Positions 9,978 through 20,269 of a DNA stretch of 64,000 nucleotides are shown piece by piece. Below the pieces are notes generated by a model, which ran no database searches, was not told the origin of the DNA, and saw only the letters and a list, made by a program, of their open reading frames with translations. The stretch covers positions 146,579 through 210,578 of the forward strand of contig CAVPBK010000001.1 in NCBI GenBank assembly GCA_963701855.1, given 5' to 3'. The DNA comes from Nitrospirota bacterium (GTDB lineage: Bacteria; Nitrospirota; Nitrospiria; Nitrospirales; Nitrospiraceae). Numbering within the stretch: position 1 is the stretch's first letter; each line of letters opens with the position of its first letter. The translations under genes were made by a program, and so were the position numbers.

Positions 9978-10124
9978 ATGAGCCAGCCCTGCACCTGTAC
10001 CCACAGTCGCCTGATCTCCGATTGCGTCTCGGAGGAGGAACACGAGGCCGGCAAGGTACGCTGTGTTGAATGTGGAGCCATCGTGCCGGATCCCTACCTC
10101 AAACGGGACGGCAAGGAGACGTAG
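9978..10124 (+). CDS. small Cys/His zinc-finger-like protein
   Basis: MSQPCTCTHSRLI..VRCVECGAIVPDP. Confidence 0.5.
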   Translation: MSQPCTCTHSRLISDCVSEEEHEAGKVRCVECGAIVPDPYLKRDGKET

Positions 10125-10354
10125 CGCCGGTCTCGCTCTCCCTTTCAGGCTAGCCACTCTTAAAGTTTAGGTCTGCATCGTCTGCCCGCTCACACGATCC
10201 CTCTTCGCTGAGGTATTTGGCAACAGCTTCCTGTCTGTCACTGGCCCAAAACTCCTCAACCTGCCGATTGGCGCAGCTCTCTCTCTCATACTCTAAGCCT
10301 GTAAGTCCCTGTGCTACCGAACTTCTCCTTCTACATTCACACGAGATTATCCAC

Positions 10355-10370
10355 TGGCACCGACAATGCA
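10355..10370 (+). promoter_or_regulatory. sigma54-like promoter for the 10415-hsp20 operon
   Basis: TGGCACCGACAATGCA, GG-N10-GC. Confidence 0.6.
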
Positions 10371-10414
10371 ATGCTCTCCTCCCAGCAACTCATTCCGTTC
10401 TTCGAGGATGGCGC

Positions 10415-10657
10415 ATGGCACAATCTACAACCGTGGAAGTTCAAGTAATCGACATCGTGCGCGGAGCCGATGCCTGTGACCTTGAAGAGATCACGCGTCG
10501 ATGCACCAATCTTACGTGGAACCAGGTATTTCTCGCTGTCGACCGCTTGAGCCGAAGTGGCAAGATCATGCTCGTGCCCAAGGGCCGGGGCCTTTATTCC
10601 GTAACTTTCCCGCATCGGCAGGAAGGACGGACTGATCAACGCTTTCTCCCATCTTAA
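10415..10657 (+). CDS. small winged-helix-like hypothetical protein
   Basis: [40 protein letters not shown]; directly upstream of hsp20. Confidence 0.65.
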   Translation: MAQSTTVEVQVIDIVRGADACDLEEITRRCTNLTWNQVFLAVDRLSRSGKIMLVPKGRGLYSVTFPHRQEGRTDQRFLPS

Positions 10658-10674
10658 TCACAAGGAGGTTTCTC

Positions 10675-11148
10675 ATGTCTGATCTAACCCGTTGGCAACC
10701 GACGATGACGCGCTGGAATCCATTCAAAGATCTGGAGGATATGGAGAAGCGCCTCTCGACCTATTTGGGCCGTCCCGCTGTTCGGACCGAGGCCGGGAAG
10801 GAAGCCATGACCGTCGCCGAATGGTCGCCACTCGTTGACATTACAGAGGACGAGAAGGAATATCTCATCAAGGCGGATCTGCCGGAAGTGAAGAAAGAAG
10901 ACGTCAAACTGACAGTCCAGGACGACGTGATGAGCATATCCGGCGAGCGAAAGTATGAGAAAGAGGAAAAAGGGAAGAAGTACCATCGTGTCGAGAGGGC
11001 CTACGGAAGCTTTATGCGGAGTTTCACCTTGCCGGAAGATGCCGATGGCAGCAAGATCAGTGCGGAGTACAAAGACGGTGTCTTGAAAGTACACCTGCCC
11101 AAGTCAGAAAAGGCGAAACCGAAATCGATCGAGGTGAAGGTCTCCTGA
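10675..11148 (+). CDS. Hsp20/alpha-crystallin small heat-shock protein
   Basis: [45 protein letters not shown]. Confidence 0.95.
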   Translation: MSDLTRWQPTMTRWNPFKDLEDMEKRLSTYLGRPAVRTEAGKEAMTVAEWSPLVDITEDEKEYLIKADLPEVKKEDVKLTVQDDVMSISGERKYEKEEKGKKYHRVERAYGSFMRSFTLPEDADGSKISAEYKDGVLKVHLPKSEKAKPKSIEVKVS

Positions 11149-11235
11149 GGACGACCGAAGAAACGAAGGAAAAACTATGTTGTCCCGTGAGAATTTCCAT
11201 GATTCACACGCGTGGCACAACAGCAAAATGCTCTT

Positions 11236-11381
11236 GCAGGATACTCAAACAGGCCGTCCTCTTCGTCCGCCGTTTGTCTGGTTCATCTGGTCTATCTGGT
11301 TTGTTTAGTTGCTTAACCCAGAGAAACCAAACAAACCAAATAACGATCTTCGTATGCTGGCGGACTGTTTCAGCATCCTGC
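11236..11381. repeat. MITE-like element with 17-bp TIRs enclosing a 9-nt-periodic hairpin
   Basis: GCAGGATACTCAAACAG ... CTGTTTCAGCATCCTGC (15/17 inverted match); interior has TCTGGTT-type units followed by AACCA-type units. Confidence 0.75.
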
Positions 11382-11396
11382 AAAAGGAGGGATATA

Positions 11397-11552
11397 ATGT
11401 TCCGCCATCCTCACTATCTGGAATTTCCGTGGGGCATTCATGGGCAGCGCGCGACCACAGAACCCCATCGTCATCTGTGGTGGTTGATCGCGCTGCTGGT
11501 CCTGCTGGCCATGTTTCTGATCGGCGTGGGCGTCACGCACGGAATCTTGTAG
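11397..11552 (+). CDS. small membrane protein
   Basis: AAGGAGG RBS; 51 aa with one TM helix (LWWLIALLVLLAMFLIGVGV). Confidence 0.6.
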   Translation: MFRHPHYLEFPWGIHGQRATTEPHRHLWWLIALLVLLAMFLIGVGVTHGIL

Positions 11553-11661
11553 AAGGCTAAGGTCGAGGTCAAGGCTAAGCGAAGATAAAACTTTCCTTAC
11601 CTCAGCCTTAGCCTAAACCTCAACCTTCCGCGTACTGGCGGACTTTTTGAGCATCCTGTTA
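11553..11661. repeat. 6-nt-periodic hairpin plus MITE-like end
   Basis: AGGCTAAGGTCGAGGTCAAGG...CCTCAGCCTTAGCCTAAACCTCAACC then CTGGCGGACTTTTTGAGCATCCTG; same layout at 63245-63351. Confidence 0.7.
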
Positions 11662-11705
11662 AGGACACGGGATCAGCGCTCCAGATTTAAGGAGTCAGAC
11701 GAATC

Positions 11706-12377
11706 ATGTTCCGCAATCGCGAAGAAGCGGGCCGGATGCTGGCCGATAAGCTGAGTCAATACCGCAACGATTCGACGGCGTTGATTCTGGCCCTTCCCCG
11801 AGGCGGAGTGGCAGTGGGCTATCAACTCAGCCTCGCCCTCCATCTCCCGCTCGACGTGTTTATTACGCGCAAGATCGGTGCGCCGGGAAATCTCGAATAT
11901 GCGATCGGGGCCGTGGCCGAGACGGGATCGCGCTATCTGAATCAAGAGGCGGTCAGCGCCTTTGGCTTATCCCAGCATGAGCTGGACCGGTTGATTCATG
12001 TCCAAGAGAAAGAGATTGCCAGGCGCAAGAACCTGTACAGGCAGGGACGACCGCTCCCGCGGCTCACAGGCCACACTGTGCTCTTGGTTGACGACGGCAT
12101 CGCCACAGGCTCGACATTCCTGGCCTCGGCACTTGCCATTCGCAGTTTACAACCTCACCGTTTGGTGGGCGTGATTCCAGTCGGACCCCCGTCGACAATC
12201 CGTGAAGTCCGAGCACATGTGGACGAGTTGGTGGTGCTCATGACACCGGACCCGTTCGAGGCCGTGGGAAATTTCTTCGTGGACTTCACGCAAGTCGAAG
12301 ATCGCGACGTAGTGGAATACTTAAATCTGGCCGAGGAGGCGATGCTCGAACGCACGCCCCCTTCACCAGCCTCGTAA
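11706..12377 (+). CDS. phosphoribosyltransferase family protein
   Basis: MFRNREEAGR, LALPRGG, VLLVDDGIATGST PRPP-binding motif. Confidence 0.9.
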   Translation: MFRNREEAGRMLADKLSQYRNDSTALILALPRGGVAVGYQLSLALHLPLDVFITRKIGAPGNLEYAIGAVAETGSRYLNQEAVSAFGLSQHELDRLIHVQEKEIARRKNLYRQGRPLPRLTGHTVLLVDDGIATGSTFLASALAIRSLQPHRLVGVIPVGPPSTIREVRAHVDELVVLMTPDPFEAVGNFFVDFTQVEDRDVVEYLNLAEEAMLERTPPSPAS

Positions 12378-12410
12378 AACGTTTTGTTAGCCACGGAGGT
12401 ACACCGTAAC

Positions 12411-12911
12411 ATGTCCACACATTCCAAGATCCCGTCAGGGTTGGGATCTCGCAGAGACCAAACATATCAAGAATACGAACACGACACCTATAAACTTCAG
12501 GGAAAACTCAAGGAGCCCACTGCCTGTCCAACATGCGGGGCAGTCTTTCTCAAAGGGCGGTGGACCTGGGAAGCGAAACCGGCAGGCGCGCACGAGACTC
12601 TCTGTCCGGCTTGTCACCGGATCCACGATACATACCCCAAGGGCCTCGTCACGATCAAAGGGCCGTTCAAAGATACCCAGCACGAACAGCTGATCGGTGT
12701 CGTCAAGAACACGGAGGAGAAGGAGAAAAAGGAACACCCGCTCTCCCGGATCATGGCGATTGAATCACGGCCTGAGGGCCTGGTCATTTCGACGACCGAT
12801 ACCCATCTGCCCCGGCGAATCGGCGAGGCGCTGGAACATGCCTACCACGGGCAGCTGGAGTTGCATTACGACCAGGACGAAGACTTCGTACGGGTCACAT
12901 GGACCCGCTGA
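12411..12911 (+). CDS. BCAM0308-family zinc-ribbon protein
   Basis: CPTCGAVF.KGRWTW, CPACHRIHDTYPKG, EHPLSRIM, TTDTHLPRRIGEAL. Confidence 0.8.
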   Translation: MSTHSKIPSGLGSRRDQTYQEYEHDTYKLQGKLKEPTACPTCGAVFLKGRWTWEAKPAGAHETLCPACHRIHDTYPKGLVTIKGPFKDTQHEQLIGVVKNTEEKEKKEHPLSRIMAIESRPEGLVISTTDTHLPRRIGEALEHAYHGQLELHYDQDEDFVRVTWTR

Positions 12912-12942
12912 ACCCTGGTTTCAACTTTTGAGGAGAAAAATA

Positions 12943-13479
12943 ATGTGGTCCTGCCCCAACCGATGGATACTTGTCGCAGTAGCAACATTCAGCCTGGTGA
13001 CCGGAACGACGGGACAGGCGGCGACGTCCATTCCACAAGGCTCGATCGTGGAGGTGGATCAGGCTACCGTCAATCAGATATTAGATGTGTTTCACAAGGC
13101 TGAAGCAGCCATCGCGGCAGGAAATCTTGACGGCGTCATGGCACTCTATGCAACCCAGTACAACTATCATGGGTTGAAACAGGCGGATGTTCGTAAGATC
13201 TGGTCCAATCTGTTCGAGGAATACCGTGATATCAGCGAGGTTCATTTCTTTTCGAAGATCGCCAAGGTGGGATCGGGCTCCACCGCCATCATCGAAGTGA
13301 CCTGCACGGGGAGCTTGTCGGGCCTTTCGAAGACCAGCGGCCTCCGAGTTCCCATTGACAGCTGGTATGAAGAAGTGCATTTTCTGATGCTCGAGGGCGG
13401 CGTCTGGCGCATTCGCGGAAATGCCGGCGACCAGTCACGGGTTCTGCCGTTCGGCACGGCGCCGCACCCGCTATTCTGA
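12943..13479 (+). CDS. secreted NTF2/SnoaL-like protein (paralog of 7095..7646)
   Basis: GAGGAG RBS, signal peptide, motifs shared with 7095..7646. Confidence 0.75.
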   Translation: MWSCPNRWILVAVATFSLVTGTTGQAATSIPQGSIVEVDQATVNQILDVFHKAEAAIAAGNLDGVMALYATQYNYHGLKQADVRKIWSNLFEEYRDISEVHFFSKIAKVGSGSTAIIEVTCTGSLSGLSKTSGLRVPIDSWYEEVHFLMLEGGVWRIRGNAGDQSRVLPFGTAPHPLF

Positions 13480-13492
13480 ATGGGAGGCAGCA

Positions 13493-14350
13493 ATGAGAAT
13501 CGTGGTCGGTGTGGATTGGTCGGAAGAGTCTTTTGCTGCCGTGGAACAGGTCGGGTTACTCTACCGGCCGGACGATGTCGTGCTCGTACATGGCGTGGAT
13601 CTTGGCATGCTCCAGTCTCCCATCGTGGCCGGGGCAGTCAATCTGCAAGGGTATGACGAATTCCGCCAGGCCTTGATCGATGCCGGTCGCCAGGCCGTTG
13701 AGCGCTGCCGCAGCCTGCTGCCGGCTGAGACTCCCTCCATCCGAACGATGTGCGAAGTCCAGCACCCAACCGCCTTCATTCTCGACAGCGCCGCCGCAGT
13801 AAAGGCCGACCTCATCGCAATGGGCACGCACGATCACAGCCGGTTGTCAGAAATGTTTGCCGGCAGCATTTCGCACCGCGTCCTGCTCCATGCCACGGTG
13901 CCGACCTTAATCGTAAAAGGAAAGGCTCGACCCGTCGCGCGCGTCCTCATGGCGGTGGAAAGCCGAGAAGACACGATCCGCCTGCACAGGTGGCTGACAT
14001 CGCACCCCTTCAAGAACCCGGTCGCGGTCACCATCCTCTCGGTCGTTCCCTCGCTCGAGATGGTCAATGAGCAATTGATGGTGAAACTCAAAAACTGGTC
14101 CGAGCAAAATACGCAGCATGCTGAGCAGGTCGTACACGACACGTCCCAGACGTTGGCCGGCCCACACTTCACAGTGTCCACCATGGTTCGTACGGGCGAT
14201 CCCGCGACTGTTGTGTGCGAAGTGGGAAATAGCCACGATCTCATCGTGATCGGCTCCCATGGGCGGAAGGGGTTCGATCGTTTCCTGCTGGGCAGCGTGT
14301 CGCACGGAATCGTGCATCGGGCCAATACTTCCGTCCTTGTTGTCCGTTGA
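13493..14350 (+). CDS. universal stress protein (tandem USP domains)
   Basis: RIVVGVDWS; ADLIAMGTH..GSISHRVL; DLIVIGSHGRKG..LLGSVS..VLVVR. Confidence 0.92.
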   Translation: MRIVVGVDWSEESFAAVEQVGLLYRPDDVVLVHGVDLGMLQSPIVAGAVNLQGYDEFRQALIDAGRQAVERCRSLLPAETPSIRTMCEVQHPTAFILDSAAAVKADLIAMGTHDHSRLSEMFAGSISHRVLLHATVPTLIVKGKARPVARVLMAVESREDTIRLHRWLTSHPFKNPVAVTILSVVPSLEMVNEQLMVKLKNWSEQNTQHAEQVVHDTSQTLAGPHFTVSTMVRTGDPATVVCEVGNSHDLIVIGSHGRKGFDRFLLGSVSHGIVHRANTSVLVVR

Positions 14351-14399
14351 GAACAGATGACTGGATGCCCACACCACCAACCAAGGAGAAGTTGACAGC

Positions 14400-14762
14400 A
14401 TGAAAATCCTTAGCGTGATCATTGCGGTGTACTTGGTCCTGCTGGGAAGTACCTGGGCCGCCGGACAGACTGCCCGCGGGAATCCCAAGGAAGGGCAAGC
14501 GGTGTATGAAAAGAACTGCCTCCGTTGCCATGGGAACAAATTGGATGGGAAAGGCCCGGATAGCCAGGATTTGATCGTACGACCGGCCAGTCTTCGGTCT
14601 CTCATCACTCAATCCAAGAGCGATTGGGAATTACTCGTGGCGATCTCGAATGGCGTGTTGTTCAGCCCGATGCACAGCTTTCGCGGCAAGCTGACGGATC
14701 AGCAAATGTTGGATGTGCTGTCGTACATCAGGGCTGTGTCACCCCCGGACGTTGTCAGTTAA
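14400..14762 (+). CDS. monohaem cytochrome c
   Basis: signal peptide, CLRCH, SPMHSF. Confidence 0.9.
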   Translation: MKILSVIIAVYLVLLGSTWAAGQTARGNPKEGQAVYEKNCLRCHGNKLDGKGPDSQDLIVRPASLRSLITQSKSDWELLVAISNGVLFSPMHSFRGKLTDQQMLDVLSYIRAVSPPDVVS

Positions 14763-14951
14763 CCCGCATTATTCATGACGGCTCGTCGCGAAATCGCACT
14801 GTCGCATTGCGAGACGGGCGCGCGGAGCCGCGAGGCTCCGAGGCGTACTTGAACAGCACATTGAGGGAGCTTCGACGAGCCTGCCCGCCGAAGGCTCGTC
14901 ATAGCCGCGAATCCGCGATTGCAGGAGAAACGCTCATGAATTATGTGGGTC
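14761..14951. repeat. MITE-like element with ACCCGCATTATTCATGA-type TIRs
   Basis: AACCCGCATTATTCATGA ... TCATGAATTATGTGGGT; related ends at about 6043, 57846 and 60859-60878. Confidence 0.7.
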
Positions 14952-15140
14952 AATACGAGGTTGGTGTTCTTCCAACGCACAGGCCTGCAGAGGTATACTC
15001 AACAACTCGGCCTGTCTGTTTTTCTTCTCCTGTTCTTCTGCGAGACACCTGTCCGGGCTGGAGAACCGACTCCAGAGATAGCGGTATTCGTTAGCGCCGG
15101 CTGCCCCCATTGCGAGGCTGCGAGAGCCTTCCTACTGATA
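14943..15140 (+). pseudogene. truncated glutaredoxin-like (CPHC) secreted protein
   Basis: signal-like stretch, then IAVFVSAGCPHCEAARAFL, after which similarity breaks off. Confidence 0.5.
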
Positions 15141-15344
15141 AAACCGTTCCGTCTCTGCAAAGAGAAGGAGTGCTCCATGCTGGACGATCCAACACGATTA
15201 CAGCTCGCCAGACTTGCCTCAACAGGAAGCCAAGAGTATTCTCCTGGATCCTTGGGATGTTGCGGATCTGGCAAAAGACGAAGTGAACGGAATGAGCGAT
15301 GGCCCCACGACATTGATTGCAGCAAGTCGAGTGGGTGACCGAGC

Positions 15345-18076
15345 ATGAAGCAGATCCGTCCATTGTTTCAACCGCCTCCGGCATCCGAGAGTCTGGAAAC
15401 TGGACTGGTAATCCTGCGCGATGGCACAACCGCATCCCTCCGCCCGACCCGTTGGGAGGATCAGGCGATGATGCAAGAGTTCATCGATCGGTTGTCACCG
15501 GCATCCAGGCGTCATCGGTTTTTTTCTGAAACCGCGCCCCCTGCCGACATCACCGCGTCGCTCTGTGATTCCATCAACCCCTCCAAGCAACTCACCGTCG
15601 TGGTCTTGAGAACCATCGCTGGAGATCCCCGGATCATCGCCGCCGGCTCATATTGGGCGCGTACCTCCGATCAGGCCGAGGTGGCCATGGCAGTCGACGA
15701 CGACTTTCATGGGAAAGGTCTGGGAACGATCCTGCTTGAACGGTTGGCAATGCTGGCCATACATCGAGGCTTCACCAGACTATGGGCGGTCACACACACT
15801 GACAATCCTGCCATGCGCGAAGTCTTCCGGGAATCCGGGTACCCGACCCATGAAACCTATGAAGGCGGCGACATGCAAGTCGAGCTCTCGCTGCACCCGA
15901 CCGAGAGCACGACGACCCGCTTAGAGTTGCGCGAGCGTATTGCCACGACCGCCTCGCTTCGCCCATTCTTCTATCCTCGTTCCGTAGCCGTGATCGGAGC
16001 ATCCCGCGATCCCAAGAGCATCGGCTACCGGATCGTCGAAGCCCTCGCCGGCAACCGGTTTCTCGGCAGCATCTACCCTGTGAACCTCAAGGCGGCGACT
16101 ATTGCCGGTTTCACCGCCTTCTCGTCCGTGACTGCAATCCCCGGCGCCGTCGATCTGGCGGTGATTGTCGTACCGCGTGATGCGGTGCTGCCGGTCCTCA
16201 CCGATTGTGCCGGCAAAGGCATCAGCTCCGTGATCGTGATCTCCTCAGGCTTTGCGGAATCAGGCCCTGAAGGAAAGCAGGCCCAGGACCGTCTCGTGGA
16301 GACTATCCGTCAACAGGGCATGCGCATGATCGGACCGAACTGCTTTGGGCTCCTGAATACCGATCCTGCCATCCATCTCAACGCCACGTTCACATCGGCC
16401 TTTCCCCCCTCCGGCCGCATGGCCATGGCCACGCAGAGCGGCGCACTGGGGCTCGCAATCCTCGCCGCTGCCCACCGATTACAGCTGGGCGTGTCCTCAT
16501 TCGTCAGCGTGGGAAATAAAGCCGACATCTCCACGAACGATCTTCTGCAATATTGGGAAGACGACCCTTCCACCGACATCATTCTCCTCTACCTGGAGTC
16601 CTTCGGGAATCCTCGACGCTTTGCGAGAATTGCGCGTCGCGTCGCCCGCCGCAAACCGATCGTGGCGATCAAATCCGGCCGGAGCTTTGCCGGACGGCGC
16701 GCGGCCAGCTCGCACACCGCCGCCCTCGCGTCGAGCGAGGTAGCCGTGGACACACTCTTTCAACAGTCCGGAGTAATCCGCGCAGATACCTTGGATGAGC
16801 TCTTCGCCCTGGCTCGAGGGCTTTCCGATCAGCCTTTGCCGAAAGGAAAGCGCGTCGGCATCATCACCAATGCCGGCGGTCCCGCCATCCTCTGCACCGA
16901 TGCCTGCGAAGTGGGAGGATTGTCTGTCCCCGAGTTGTCCAAGGCGGCCACCACCGCCTTGTCGGCCTTCTTACCTCCCGCCGCCTCGTTGAAGAACCCG
17001 GTCGATCTCATCGCATCCGCCGCTCCGGACCACTATACCAACGCGATCACCACCCTCCTCGCCTCCAAAGAAGTCGATGCCCTGATTGTCCTCTACATGT
17101 CCGTAACTGTCGGCGACGCAGCCGGCATTGCGAACGGGATCTTGCGCGGGATCTCCACTGGCAGACAAGCCGGTGACGCCGACATTCCGATCTACATCTG
17201 TTGGATGGCGGAAGGGGATCTCGAACGGACCTTTCAGACAGCAAGCGAGAAAATCCCCACATTTCCATTACCCGAACATCCAGCAGTCGTGCTCAGCAAA
17301 GCTTGCCGGTATGAGGAATGGCGCACCAAGCCCCTCGGTATGATTCCGGAATTCACCGATATGGACTTCGGTACTGCTCGAGCCATCTGTGCCAGAACCC
17401 TGTCTCAAGAAGGGCCTGGATGGCTGACCGTCGAGGACACCAGATCCCTCCTCGCCTCCGCGAAACTCCCTGTGGCGAAGGGCGGAATCGCAAAGACTGC
17501 GGACCAGGCGATGACTCTGGCCTGTGATGTGGGATTTCCCGTCGCCGTCAAGCTCGCATCACACCAGATCTTGCACAAAACCGAGATGGGAGGCGTCCAT
17601 CTGAATCTGGCTGATGAGCACGCCGTTTGCGACGCGTTCGAGGCAATCGGTCTCGTCTCGCGCAGGATCACAAGTTGGATGCGATGGAAGGCGTGCTCGT
17701 CCAGCCGATGCTGTCAGGCGGCACGGAAGTGATGGTCGGCGTCACCCACGACCCGCTCTTCGGCCCCTTAATCGCGTTCGGCTTAGGAGGCATTCACGTG
17801 GAAATCCTCGGCGACGTACAGTTCAGGATTACTCCCCTCACCGACCGCGATGCAGCTGAGATGGTGCGTGATATCAAGGGCTATCGATTGCTACAAGGCT
17901 ACCGAGGCCACCCTGCAGCTGATGTGGAGGCGATCGAAGACGTGCTGCTGCGTCTCTCCCGCCTCGTCGAAGAAATTCCGGAGATCAGAGAGCTGGATTT
18001 GAATCCGATCTTTGCGCTGCCACCAGGGCAAGGCTGCCGGATTGTGGACGCCAGAATCCGTGTCGAACTGAGATAG
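15345..18076 (+). CDS. GNAT acetyltransferase fused to ADP-forming acyl-CoA synthetase domains (Pat/YfiQ-like), frameshifted near 17650
   Basis: N-terminal GNAT (VDDDFHGKGLGT), CoA-binding (SVAVIGAS, GPNCFG, SVGNKAD) and ATP-grasp split across two frames at GCAATCGGTCT (one base short). Confidence 0.85.
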
Positions 18077-18149
18077 CCTCGCCGTGTGCCATTCTGTAAC
18101 CTGAATAGACAACAGCCTCCGAATGCAGATTACTTCGATCTGTTTCACG

Positions 18150-18551
18150 CTATTTGCATTCAGGGAATGCCCACTCCCTCCAGGCCTTGGTGAAAATACT
18201 TTGAGGGCCATGGCAGCGAATCATTCTTCGACCACCATAGATTTTTGTCTGTCCGAACTCGACACCGCGAAAGTGTCGATTTCCATCCCAACAGAGTTTC
18301 CCTGACTCCCCCATCGATAGTCCAACCTCCCAAATCCCCCCACCACTAATCCCATAAAAGTTGGATGGAACGTCAGGGAGATCCATCTTTGCACTGAGAT
18401 CAAGAAAGTCATACCCATTCCGATGATAACTCTCTTGCACCATAGAAAAGAACGCTCTCCCGTGCACAGAAGCCTTTACGGAGTAGTTCTTGAGCTGACT
18501 GCAAACTTCATCCAATACGTCTTGCGGAATATCTTTGATTGGGAAGTCCAC
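18150..18551 (-). pseudogene. AT-rich relic, possibly a trypsin-like peptidase fragment
   Basis: FYGISGGGIW resembles a catalytic-Ser loop; no His/Asp half is visible. Confidence 0.3.
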
Positions 18552-18769
18552 TTCAGATGACCCTCTACATCCGCCAATGAGAATATCCGCTACGGTATCC
18601 CAGTGAGATTCGAATGGTTGACAGTGCTATCACGTAGAGGGCGAGTCCATTCTGAATCCAATACTTATTCAAATGCTCTGGCTAAGGGAGGCCTGCGTGA
18701 TTCCCCAACTCCGCAAGGCAGAACTTAAGGGGTCAGCCCCCTTTCCCATTCCATACAGCTCGCCAAGAA

Positions 18770-19198
18770 TCAAGGCAATGTCTTCAACCAGGCCTGGATA
18801 TCGGCAATCTGTTGCTCCGTCAAGGCGTCTTTTAACGGCGGCATCACGTGCCGCCCTTCTAACACAATCTTCCAGAACGCCTGCTCGTTCGACAGCACGG
18901 GATTGCCCGCCAATCGAGGGCCGATGCCTCCTGTCGCTCGGGGACCATGACAGACGACGCAACTGGCGTTGTAGAGTCCCTCGCCGCGTGTGGTGTCCCC
19001 CGCGGGATGCATTAAAGCCATGCCGCTCGAACTATTTCTATCGACGCCCTGTGGCCCACCATCGCTCGCCCGAGCGAGATGGTCGTCCACGTTGATGGTG
19101 GCTCCTAGGAGGAACACAGAGAGCGCAAAGCGGATCAACAACTTTTGCATGGGCGTGGCTCTATTTCTCTTCCCTTCATCACGGAAGCACTGCGTCAT
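18770..19198 (-). CDS. monohaem cytochrome c
   Basis: CVVCH, GIGPRL, GRHVMPP. Confidence 0.88.
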   Translation of the reverse strand: MTQCFRDEGKRNRATPMQKLLIRFALSVFLLGATINVDDHLARASDGGPQGVDRNSSSGMALMHPAGDTTRGEGLYNASCVVCHGPRATGGIGPRLAGNPVLSNEQAFWKIVLEGRHVMPPLKDALTEQQIADIQAWLKTLP

Positions 19199-19650
19199 TT
19201 GCGTTTTTCGGAGTCTTCACTCCTGAGGAGAGCCAGATAAGCCAGCGTGTCGGTAAGCTCCTGATCCGTCATTCTCGTGTCCGGAAACATGCCTGTGCCT
19301 GGGTGTCCTTGCCGGATTGCACGCGCGCGCTGCTTGTCGGTTTTCAGATATAGCGCCTTCGGATTTTTCAGATCGACCGGTGGCGGATTGAGCTGCACGA
19401 TGAGCGCAGTTGTATCGGCTGCGAGTTTTGGCCGTTGGTCCTTGTTCCCATCAACGCCATGGCAGTAGTAGCACACGCCCTTCCCGTTGAAGACCGCTCT
19501 GCCCCGCTCGGCATCGCCTGCCACCTTTGTGCCCTTGGGTGACGGAGGAGAATTGGCCCAGGCATTCATCTCAGCCATATAGGTAAACTGGATCGCCAGT
19601 ACGCCCACTAGCAGGAGGCTGAAACCGTTTAACCAGCCTGTCTTGTTCAT
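19195..19650 (-). CDS. monohaem cytochrome c
   Basis: signal peptide, CYYCH, GHPGTGMFP. Confidence 0.88.
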   Translation of the reverse strand: MNKTGWLNGFSLLLVGVLAIQFTYMAEMNAWANSPPSPKGTKVAGDAERGRAVFNGKGVCYYCHGVDGNKDQRPKLAADTTALIVQLNPPPVDLKNPKALYLKTDKQRARAIRQGHPGTGMFPDTRMTDQELTDTLAYLALLRSEDSEKRK

Positions 19651-19659
19651 TTGGCCTAC

Positions 19660-19770
19660 TATCTGGTCTGTCTCGTTTGTTTGGTTTGTCTTGTTTATTT
19701 GGTTGAACGAAACTAGCCGGATGAACCAAATTCAACCAGAGAAACAAAACAAACCAGATCAACCAGCTAA
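19660..19770. repeat. 9-nt-periodic palindromic repeat (inverted relative to the 32.5 kb and 63.9 kb copies)
   Basis: its reverse complement matches TTGATCTGGTTTGTTTTGTTT..CCGGTTAGTTTCGTTCAACCAA at 32.5 kb. Confidence 0.8.
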
Positions 19771-20250
19771 TCAGTGTTGTCCGCAACAGAGCTTGTATCG
19801 CTCCTCCGGAATATTCTTCATATTTTGAAAGACGGCTTCACGCACCTTCGCACTGGTCACCCGGTCAATGCCGGGGTAGAGCACCCGTTCTTCTTTCATA
19901 TTGTGAGAACCGAGCAGATTCAACAACGCCTGTTCTTCTTGATCGCTGTCTGGATTCTGATCGGCCACCTTCTGGTGAATGGCTTCAAGTTGCTGCCCAA
20001 TCTGGCGATGCTCCGTCCGCATCACGGAAGTCGCCCCGCCTTCGGATATGCCGGTTTCCTTTTCCCACAACGGAAACAGAACGTCTTCTTCCCACACGAT
20101 GTGGCGTTGCAAGCCGAACTTGAATTCCTTGAATGCCTCCTTGGCCTTGGCGAAGTCGGACTGTTTCAACCTTTGAAAGGTCTTGAACAATTCATCCAAT
20201 CGGTCATGGTCCTGCTCATAAAACTCGGTGATGGTACTCTGCCCACTCAT
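19771..20250 (-). CDS. hemerythrin/HHE domain protein
   Basis: DHDRLD, RHIVWEEDVLFP, MRTEH, HNMKEERVLYP. Confidence 0.9.
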   Translation of the reverse strand: MSGQSTITEFYEQDHDRLDELFKTFQRLKQSDFAKAKEAFKEFKFGLQRHIVWEEDVLFPLWEKETGISEGGATSVMRTEHRQIGQQLEAIHQKVADQNPDSDQEEQALLNLLGSHNMKEERVLYPGIDRVTSAKVREAVFQNMKNIPEERYKLCCGQH

Positions 20251-20269
20251 GATGCCTGCCTCCAATACA

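Noticed and set aside
19571..19828. Short ORFs with PNKQDKPNK / WFVLFIW repeats (also 11187, 11309, 35671, 6825, 47912)
   Set aside because: They are translations of the palindromic repeats, whose 9-nt period keeps frames open.
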